From Octopus vulgaris (taxonomy: Eukaryota), in assembly GCA_951406725.2 (NCBI GenBank), contig OX597835.1:43524001-43588000 (forward strand): DNA of 64,000 nucleotides, given 5' to 3'. The notes under the pieces are model-generated. The model was given only the letters and a program-made list of their open reading frames with translations. It had not been told where the DNA came from and ran no database searches. Within the stretch, counting starts at the first letter, position 1; each line of letters starts with the position of its first letter. Of this stretch, positions 53,763-64,000 are shown in pieces. The translations under genes and the position numbers were made by a program.

Positions 53763-53797
<35 letters not shown>

Positions 53798-53955
53798 CAC
53801 AACACAAACACACTCACACACACACAACACAAACACACACACACACACACACAACACAAACACACTCACACACTCACACACACACAACACAAGCACACTC
53901 ACACACACACAACACAAGCACACTCACATACACACACACACACAACACAAACACA

Positions 53956-53996
<41 letters not shown>

Positions 53997-54008
53997 CACA
54001 AGCACACA
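53400..54008. repeat. Minisatellite caacacaaacacact(ca)n
   Basis: Visible directly in the sequence. Confidence 0.93.
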
Positions 54009-54253
54009 GGTACACACGCAGTGACAGTTAATGAGTTTTGGCCACTGAATGGAAGAGTATCTGTCAGTCAGTTAATTAGACAGTAAAGTCTCTTTTTCTA
54101 GTTTAGTTTAATTTGTAAATGATTGCGTTAATTAATTAGGGAGTTGTGGGTGAAGTTAGAGGCAGGCTGTCACTACAGTGGCACGCGACACAGTGGCGAA
54201 CAGGGTGGCCCCACCCACAGTTATTAAAGGACGGTCATTGTGTGACCGGGGAA

Positions 54254-55062
54254 CACACACACACACACACACACACGCATATTACATACACACACACACA
54301 CACACGCATAGTACATACACACACACACGCGTATTACATACACACACACACACGCACATTACATACACACACACACGCATATTACATACACACACGCATA
54401 TTACACACACACACACACGCATATTACACACACACACACGCATATTACATGCACACACACACGCGTATTACATACACACACACACGCATATTACATACAC
54501 ACACACACGCATATTACATACACACACACACACGCATATTACATACACACACACACGCATATTACATACACACACACACGCATATTACATACACACACAC
54601 ACACACACGCATATTACATACACACACACACGCATATTACATACACACACACGCATATTACATACACACACACACACACGCAAATTACATACACACACAC
54701 ACGCGTATTACATACACACACACACGCATATTACATACACACACACGCATATTACATACACACACACACACACGCATATTACATACACACACACACATAT
54801 TACATACACACACACACGCGTATTACATACACACACACACGCATATTACATACACACACGCGTATTACATACACACACACACGCATATTACATACACACA
54901 CACACGCATATTACATACACACACACACGCATATTACATACACACACACACGCATATAATACATACACACACACACACGCATATTACATACACACACACG
55001 CATATTACATACACACACACACACGCATATTACATACACACACACACACGCGTATTACATAC
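54254..55062. repeat. Minisatellite cgcatattacata(ca)n
   Basis: More than 30 units. Confidence 0.95.
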
Positions 55063-55565
55063 AAGTGTAAGTAAATATGTGTATATGTGTATGCATGTAT
55101 TTGTGAATGTACATATGTGTATGTGTATATATATATGCATACGTGCATGTATATATTGTATGTTGTATGTATGCGTTTGTATATATATATATATGTGTGT
55201 GTGTTGTATGGATACGTGTGTGAATGCGTGTATGTCCGTATATTCGTATATATGTTGTGTCCATGTATGTGTGTATATTTAGTTGTGTGTGTGTGTGTGT
55301 GTTTAGGTATAGAGGGAGAGAGAGAGAGAGGGACAGAGAGAGAGGGGGGACAGAGAGAGAGAGAGAGAGAGAGAGACGGAGAAAGCCAGGCCTGATTGTC
55401 TTAACAGTACTTTTTACCCACCGGCCTATATATAAATATATACACACGTAATATAATTGTGTGCGTGTGTATATTGGTAGGCAAGCGGTGTGTTTGAAGC
55501 CGACCAGCTGCTGTCTATTCTTTGTCTTGTTCAACAGCCACCGCAAATATCTCCAGACTTTCAAC

Positions 55566-55607
<42 letters not shown>

Positions 55608-55722
55608 TATACAAACACATTCACACGCAAATATATATGTATGTGTGTCTATATTGTATGTGTGTGTGTTCTGTGTGTGGGTATTGTTTGTATGTGTATG
55701 CGTCTGTCTATCTATCTATCTA

Positions 55723-55796
<74 letters not shown>

Positions 55797-55846
55797 GCTC
55801 TCTCTCTCTATCTATCTATCTATCTCTCTCTCTCTCTATCTATCTA

Positions 55847-55895
<49 letters not shown>

Positions 55896-56007
55896 CTATC
55901 CATCCATCCATGCATGTGTAATTTGTGCAATATGCGAAACTTTCGGCCCTTGATTCACTTTGTATTCAATTGTATTCATCCAGTTTGCTCTGTATACCCT
56001 CCTCCAC

Positions 56008-56093
<86 letters not shown>

Positions 56094-56619
56094 TGTGTTT
56101 GAGGGCAAGCAAGCACATTTGGAGCGTTTACGTAACAGTGTAAAATATATTGCATATCACTGAGTGTGTGTGTGTGTCTGTCGACGTGTGTACGTACGTA
56201 CATACATATACGTGTGTGTGTGTGCGTTTGTATATATATTCATTCAAATGCAAATATTTGTACACATGTAACACTAACAAATGTGCACACACACACACAC
56301 ACACACACACGCAACTGTGAAGGAGAAACGAAGAAGGTTGACTAAAAATATTCCGTATAAATTCGGGGAAACCCTCCTTCTTTCTTCACAGAACACCCTC
56401 TCTTTGTATGTAAGCTTTCCTCCCCCTCTCTCTATATAACTTGCCTTTTTCTCTGTACATAGTCTCCTCTCTCTCTCTCTACATAACGTCCCCCTCTCTC
56501 GCTCCTTTTGTATAGATCTCTCTCTCTCTCTCTCTGAACAGAACACTCTCTTGATACTGAACTCTTTCTCTCGATACAGAACTCTCTCTCGGCACAGAAA
56601 CGCCCTCTCTCTTTGTACA

Positions 56620-56649
56620 TGACTCGTTCTCTCTCTCTTTGTACCTGAC

Positions 56650-56680
<31 letters not shown>

Positions 56681-56970
56681 GTACCTGACCCTTTCTCTCT
56701 CTCTCTCTCTGTGTACCTGACCCTTTCTCTCTCTCTCTCCCTCTGTACCTGACCCTTTCTCTCTCTCTCTCTCTCTGTACCTGACCCTTTCTCTCTCTCT
56801 CTCTCTCTCTGTACCTGACCCTTTCTCTCTCTCTCTCTCTCTGTACCTGACCCTTTCTCTCTCTCTCTCCCTCTGTACCTGACCCTTTCTCTCTCTCTCT
56901 CCCTCTGTACCTGACCCTTTCTCTCTTTCTCTCTCTCTCTCTCTGTACCTGACCCTTTCTCTCTCTCTCT
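56620..56970. repeat. Minisatellite gtacctgaccctt(tc)n
   Basis: About 10 units. Confidence 0.95.
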
Positions 56971-57223
56971 ACATTATCCCCAATCTCTGTACATAGCCAA
57001 CTCTCTAAAATATAACCCGCCTTTTTTTGTCTTTATAACCTTCCTCTCTCTAATACTCATGTCTCTCTCTCTCCCTCTCTCTCCCTCTCTCTAAGCCTTT
57101 TATATATTCTATCATTACACAACTCTTTCCCTTTCTCTTTATAATCTTTCTTTCTCTCTTTCTCAATAACTCTCCCTCTCTATAAACCTCCTCTCTTTAT
57201 ATCACTCCCTTTATGTAATTCTC

Positions 57224-59470
57224 TGTGGGATGACGTCAGCAGCTGGGGAGCTGACCGGAACTTGGGGCTGACCGGAAGAGGAAGGGGCAGGAGTGACGCG
57301 CGCTCCGAAGATCCGGCAGTGCTTAAGTCCGTCCTAGCGAAAGAGGACAAGATTAGAAAGGCCACCAGTTCCTACATTTTGGTGGACGAAACTGTAGTGC
57401 CAGCCAACGGAGAAGTTCGGACTAATTGCGAAGCCACCGGAGTCGATGGAAGGGGGAGCCGCGCTGGGGCTGAAGCTGCGAAGAGATAGATCAGGTGAGT
57501 TGGTGTTCCGGAGAGGGAATGAAATCCCAGAGCTGAGTTCCAGCGACAGCAAGAGAGAGCTGTTCTCGGTGTGTGGGAAGTTGGTCGGTCACTACCCGAT
57601 CGCTGGATGGCTGCGTTACAATGTGCAGTTACCCCAAGTGACGAGCGGAGACGGAGAGTTGGGGCGACAAGGTGGGAGGAAGGGACGGTAGCGATGATGC
57701 TGGAAATCCTAGAAAGGACGAAAGCGGAAGACCCGGTCAGGGGGAACTGGTATGTGCCGAAGACGGAATGCGGGACCGTCTGGTGTGATGCTAGCAGTAT
57801 AGCGATAGGGGTTGTGTTGGAGATCGAAGGCGCTGCGGTGGAGGACGCGGCCTGGCTTCGGAAAGCAGACGACTTCAACTACATCAATGTCGCTGAATTA
57901 GACGCGGGGTGAACTTGGCCCTGAAATGGGGGCTGCGCTCAATTGAAATCCGGACAGATTCAGCCACTGTGCTTGGCTGGGTAAGATCGGTGATCACCGG
58001 TGAAAGGAGAGTTCGGACGAAAGGTGCCAGGGACATGTTGGTGAAGCGCCGTCTAGGAGTTCTTGGAGAATTGATTGCCGAGTTCGGACTGAAGCTGAAC
58101 GTGGTTTTCATGCCTTCGGAGAAAAACAGGGCAGACGCACTGACCAGGGTGAAAAAGGCGTGGTTGGAGAAACCGGAGGAGGCAGAGAAAGGGATAGCTG
58201 CGGTGTGTCGGTTGGATGACTCCGAACTGAAGAGACTGAAGATGCTATGTATCACTTGGGTGTGGACAGGAACCTGTATCTGGCGAAGAAAATTGATGCT
58301 GACGTTACTAGAAGCACCCAGAAAGTGGCCGGGAGCTACGAAAGGTGTCAGTCCATTGACCCTGCTCCGTGTGGGCATGAGCAGGGAAACCTTTCGGTGG
58401 AGCACAACTGGAAAAGGCTAGCTGTGGATGTGACGCGCTACCGTGAGGGAATGTATCTCTCCATGGTCGACTGCGGGCCGGGCCGGCTGGCCATTTGGAG
58501 GGAGTTGAGAACGGGCATTGCTGACGAGATTGCACAGATCTTGAACGGGATATTTTTAGAGAGAGGTCCCGTGGAAGAACTGCTAATGGACAACGGGGCG
58601 GCGTTTCTTTCGGAAGCATTGAGGGATATGCTCGACCGGTGGAAGGTGCGTCGCTTGTTCAGAGCAGCGTATAGGCCGAGCGGTAACGGGATCGTAGAGA
58701 GGCACCATCGGACAGTCAAGGCCACAGCGGAAAGAGGGCACATTTCGCCGCTTGAAGCAGTTTTTTGGTACAACATGTCTCCCCGATCCGGACAAGCTGA
58801 AGAATCTGTGCTGCACAGAGCTGTATTTAGATATGAATGGAGGCACCCGAGAAAAGCGCCGAAGGGCCACGAGGAAGAGAAGGGATCCGCTTGCATGAAA
58901 ATAGGGGAGGAAGTCTGGGTTAAGCCACCGAAGGCGCATTGTTCGTCTCAATGGAGCAGAGGAACGGTGACGGCGGTCAATTCCAGAAACAACGTCTCCG
59001 TGGTTGGAATGCCGCGACATGTCTTGGACCTTCGCAGGATTGTCGCTTCGTCGGACGACGATTGTGGAGAGGGGGAGAACGAGGTGCCTAGCCTGAGAAG
59101 ATCTCGACGCGCGAGGCGCCCTCCCGGTTTGATGGTGGACTACGACGTGGAGTAGAGAGAATGTGATCTTTAAGATCAGGGTGGCGTGAGGGATGACGTC
59201 AGCAGCTGGGGAGCTGATCGGAAATTGGGGATGACTGGAAGAGGAAGGGACAGGAGTGACGCGTGCGCAGGCAGGGCAGCATTGGGCCTTTTTTCAATCG
59301 AGGTAGCCGAGGAGTCGGACGTGTGAGCTCGTTGTTAAGGTAGGGGAAAAGCAGCTGCTATTTCTAGTGTTCGGGTCGGGCCGCGCGGAAGGGTGCATTA
59401 CCACTGGGGAGGTCTCCGTCAACGAAGAGAAGGTAGGTGTCCTTATTTCAAATCTCCCGCATACAACACA
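57224..59470 (+). mobile_element. Ty3/Gypsy LTR retrotransposon, internally deleted
   Basis: TG...CA ends, TSD ttctc (57219-57223, 59471-59475), partial 5' LTR 57224-57300, 3' LTR 59187-59470, purine-rich tract before the 3' LTR. Confidence 0.9.
57301..59155 (+). pseudogene. Frameshifted pol remnant: RNase H plus integrase
   Basis: WCDASS..INVAELDA..IRTDS (RNase H); HLG..CQ, LAVDVT, LLMDNGAAF, GNGIVERHHRT (DDE integrase). Confidence 0.9.
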
Positions 59471-61006
59471 TTCTCCTCCCCTTCTCTTTATTACCCTCCC
59501 TCACTACAACCTTTTCCTCCTCATTCTCTTACTCACCCTGTCCTTAACCCTTTCTTCTTCCGCAAACAAACCAGTTTACTCCCTCCCTCTTCATCTTGAT
59601 ACATCTCTTCTCCCTCCACACTGCTCATACCGTTTATCTCTTTCTGATCCATTTGATCCATGTACAATGATGTTCCCGCCACGACCACCTTTCTTATAAT
59701 TAGACGGTATATGTAGGCTGTTCGTGTTAGCACCGGTCAGTTTTGTAATCGGACTGTGTGTGTGTTTGAATTAGGGTTTTTGTAGTATATTATGGCTACA
59801 TAACGAAATACGATGTCCCTACCAGCCATTAGTGGGTACTACCAGTTGTCAGGAATGTGTTCTATGTAAAATAGGGATATCTAATTGTGTTACACCGCTA
59901 AATTTAGTAGATAATTAAGCAATATGTTCATGGATGGCTAATGGATTGGATGTGGTACTGAAGAAGGAGCAAGAACTCCTGAAATGTGCATATACACCAA
60001 TTATCTTATTTTTCTATCTTCAGTCGCAGTGTTTACATAGACGTATTCATATATGAAACGTCGTAACTTTCAGGACTGGCTCTAATTTCTAGAGAAAATC
60101 TTTCGGGATAACTTTTAAAAGTGACTTTTATACATGAGAAGATACTTAAAAGTTCCTGTCTTTTGGTAAAAGAAAATACAGGTGGATCAGTTAATTATGA
60201 TTTTATTCAATATATCCTCCTCTCAGATTCATACATTTATTGCAACAGTCCTTCAGTTTTTCTAAACCCTGTAAAAGCCAGGCCTTTCGCGATATCCTTG
60301 AAGCCAGGAACTTTTCAGTAGCCCCTCGTATGCACTCAGCTCTGAAAGCACTGCTTCTTGTTGTAGAAACACCTGTTCTTTGCCATTCTTTAATGAACTA
60401 GCATAAAAGCTGCACTCTGTGTTTTTAAGTTAGCTCCTGCCGATGGCCAATTGGGTCTGTAGCCCCAAACTATAGAGAGCTAAATAGCATGACTTTAATA
60501 CATCTACAATGACTATATGGCCCCAGTGGTGTTTGATCAGAGGTTAAGGACGGATGAGAATTAATTCTGTAATACAAACATTCTATTGTTCTAAGATGAA
60601 TTCCAACTGTTGCTTAATTTGTCCCAAAGTCCTTATCTCGATGTAAAATTAAGGAAGCGAATGTCATTCATCTCCCTATTAATTTCTAACGTCATCTGAA
60701 TCAGCCAAGCTTCACCTGCTAGAAATAGCAACCCAAATGCTTTTAAATCAGATGCCAATGCTGGATGTTCTAGAACCAAATGAAGGGCAAATTTTCAATC
60801 CCGGGATCACCCTGTTTCCAAAAAGGTTATAATATGTCAATGTAGAGCAAATGTAGAGAGAAATACAGGGGTCCCAGGCGGACAGACAGAATTTCGCTTT
60901 TATTAATAAAGATTTTATGCTCTCTTGACGCTTTTTAAAACTCTAATGTATAAGTATATTGAGTTTTGACAACTGGTTTTCAGGATCATTATGCCGAAGC
61001 GAAATC

Positions 61007-61087
<81 letters not shown>

Positions 61088-61088
<1 letters not shown>

Positions 61089-61332
61089 AAATAATTGTTG
61101 TTGACAAAGATCCGGAGAGATTGTATTCACCGCAATAGACGTCATTGATTGGTTGAAATTGCCGAAATGCAAGAAATTAAACAACAAATAGCTTACAAAC
61201 TACAGAATTTTCTCAAGAAAGCCAAGAGAAAAAGATGTTTTATAAACACATTCTACCAGTATACGAAGTTTAAAAGTGTTTAGTTACAAAGAAATTATCT
61301 TAAAAATCTGACGGTCAAAGCGAAAAAGATCC
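61088..61332. mobile_element. Right arm of long-form MITE C next to (TATC)n
   Basis: Matches 38773-39017. Confidence 0.85.
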
Positions 61333-61710
61333 CATGATCGTAAAAGAGAAACCTTACATTATGAAAGATATATTTAGTTTTATAATCCGACCTAAATAAC
61401 ACTATAGTCGTGGAAAATATGTTTTTTTAAATTTAAATAAAAAAAGAAAAAGACGGAAACAAAAAAACCCAGCAGTTACAGAGAGAAAAACTTTCAGACG
61501 CACTTTAAACGACTCTCAATGCCTGCACGTAATTTAGACTGTGATAAAGTTTAAAAAGATATCAGCTATTCTTGTTTGAAAACTTCCTTGTTGTTCTCAG
61601 CGATGTTCGTTGGTATTTCTTACTTGTTTGAGTAATAAAATATCGTCAGACATGAACTGAAGAACGCTGTGATGACGTCTAAAACAGTGACTTCAGTGAG
61701 AAATGAGTGG

Positions 61711-61771
<61 letters not shown>

Positions 61772-61773
<2 letters not shown>

Positions 61774-62160
61774 TACTTGTTTCAGTCATTTGACTGCGGC
61801 CATGCTGGAGCACCGCCTTTAGTCGAGCAACTCGACCCCGGGACTTATTCTTTTGTAAGCCCATTACTTAGGATCTTATTCTATCGTTCTATTTTGCCGA
61901 ACCGCTTAGTGACGAGGACATAAACACACCAGCATCGGTTGTCAAGCAACGCTAGGGGGACAAACACAAACATACACGCACACACACATATACATATATA
62001 CGACAGGCTTCTTTCAGTTTCCGTCAACCAAATCCACTCACAAGGCTTTGGTCGGCCCGAGGCTATAGTAGAAGACACTTGCCCTAGGTGCCACGCAGTG
62101 GGACTGAACCCGGAACCATGTGGTTGGGAAGCAAGCTACTTACCACGCAGCCACTCCTGC
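61772..62160 (-). mobile_element. SINE family A, full length
   Basis: Reverse complement of family A. Confidence 0.92.
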
Positions 62161-62719
62161 ATATATAATGTGTGAGTTATCGATTCAATCGTAAATCCTT
62201 GTTCTTGTTTGATGCAAGGATCAAACTTGAAAGAGATGGAAGGATTTGAACTCAGAATGCAGAAAGCTATAAGTGATTATTACCATTAAGGCCGAAGACT
62301 ACGCCTGTTCACCAGATACAACGATTTTAGAAACGTGGGTGTAGAGGGAAGCGGAAGGCTTAATCGATTTCTTTGAACCTGAAAAGATTAATGACTAAAT
62401 TGATCTGGAACAAACACCGCAAGGTACTTTTGTCTGTTTCTAACGTGCAATGTCAACCAGCCATGATTGTGACAAAAGACTACCAAACCATATACCAAAA
62501 AGTATGTTCGGGTGGTAAGCGACACCAGTTACTCACTCACTTTTTTTTTCGTTTTTAGTGAAAACATCAAACATGGCGTCACTTTGTAATCACGGTGTCT
62601 TGGGTTCAATCCCACTGCACTTAATGTATTTTTATTATAAAACTCTTATCTTAGAGAACTTGGTAGAGGAAACTGTGGAAATTGATTAAAGGGGAGGGAG
62701 GTATTGATGTTTCTGGGCA

Positions 62720-63040
62720 AAGCAATCTCAAACAGTCTTGCTGGGGACAGGCAAACCAGCACCTAACGAAAACCCAGATGAAGGGGAGGAAACGGGGTAG
62801 GCGACACACCCTACAGAAACCCCGTTTCCAACAGTACAAAATAAGCCCTGCAATGGACAACCTCACGGGAGACATGGAAGCATGACAGACCAAAAACAAG
62901 GAGAAAGTCCCCAGAAACTGAAGCCCTAGCAAGCAGTTACACTTGGGGACAACTGCAATCTAGTACCAAAGATTGAGACTGAATGTGGTCTCTTGTTGGC
63001 ACCCTATGCTCCATATGGCATTAAAGGATTAAGAAGAAAA
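62720..63040 (+). mobile_element. Decayed RTE-like LINE 3' end
   Basis: KGRKRGR-like segment and a ccctatgctcca..taaagga tail. Confidence 0.5.
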
Positions 63041-63239
63041 TTCCACCCTGGATCGGTTTAACACAACCCCACCCCACCAATACTTGGATGCCTTTGGTAG
63101 AGTCCACTTTGCGCTGGGGTCTCCTGACTGCGGATAAAGCTTTCTCTCGCTTCTTCCTTCAACCAGTGTTGGAAGCCCAGTGTCAATGGATGTTCCTTTA
63201 ACTAAGCCATGAAGTCAAAGGTGTTAATATTTCCAGAGA

Positions 63240-63582
63240 AAAGCACGCCGGAAAAAATACTTAGCGGCATTTTGCCAGTTCTTACGTTCTGAGTTCAAAT
63301 TCCGCCGAGGCCGACTTTGCCTTTCATCCATTCGGGGTCGTTAAAATAAGTATCAGCTGAGCATTGGGGTCGATATAATGAACTGGCCCCAACTTTCTTG
63401 AAATTGCTGGCCTTGTGTCTATTGTAGAAAGGAATATTCCCAGAGAAAAAAAGAGAGGGAGCTGGCAGAATCGTTAGCACGCCGGATAAAATGATTCGTG
63501 GCATTTCGTCTGTCTTCACATCCTGAGTTCAAATTCTACCAAGGTCGACTTTACCTTTCATTATTTCAGGGTCGATAAAATT
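63240..63582 (+). mobile_element. Two tandem SINE family B copies
   Basis: Family B motifs. Confidence 0.8.
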
Positions 63583-64000
63583 GCTAATGAGCCACCTATT
63601 TAATTTGTTATGTATTTAAATAATGTCAACAGCAGGTTACAATGTTTCACCAAAAAGGAGATTTATAATTGTCACTAAATGTGACTACGGTGTTAGGAAA
63701 CACCTACATTGCTAGAAATAAGAGCTAAAACGGTCTAATGCTGTAGTCAATGCACATGAATGAAAACATATACACTAACAGGAACCAAAATTCTCCGAAA
63801 AAAGCCAACTGAGAATCCTTAAGACTGACGTTAGTTTCGTCAATCTCCGTTGCAATCATCAGTTAAGCCAGTTCTGTGTTCGGCTATTTCCTGACCAGTT
63901 TCTTTATTAATGACTGATTTAGCGATTCGCTAATATGTATACACAAAATTAATGTAAACAGCAGGTTGCAATGTTTCACGAAAAAGGAGAATTAAAATTG

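Noticed and set aside
54146-55282. 378-aa His/Thr-rich ORF
   Set aside because: Translation of a CA-based minisatellite

Overview
AT-rich, repeat-saturated animal genomic DNA (intronic or intergenic), most likely from an octopus or other coleoid cephalopod. That assignment is an inference from SINE architecture and microsatellite load. I found no supportable host protein-coding gene; almost all listed ORFs are translations of microsatellites or SINEs. The window holds dozens of tRNA-derived SINEs from at least 5 modular families. It also holds decayed LINE fragments (CR1, RTE, Tx1/L1, CRE-like) and an internally deleted Gypsy LTR element with a 5-bp TSD. DNA elements include GG-terminated MITEs with 8-bp TSDs (Merlin-like), piggyBac-, hAT- and Tc1-like MITEs, and non-autonomous Helitron-like elements, alongside many micro- and minisatellites. 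The most notable signal is at least three short element families, not visibly related in sequence, that sit in (TA)n tracts and carry type I hammerhead-ribozyme cores (CUGANGA...GAAA). Several are perfect palindromes with a one-sided tail, the architecture of Penelope-like pseudo-LTRs or retrozymes. Other notable signals are a flip/flop terminal hairpin in two Helitron copies that share the same diverged flanks, in-register self-insertion of a SINE, and TTAGGG cores in several MITE families. Coordinates were read by eye; boundaries without TSDs are approximate.
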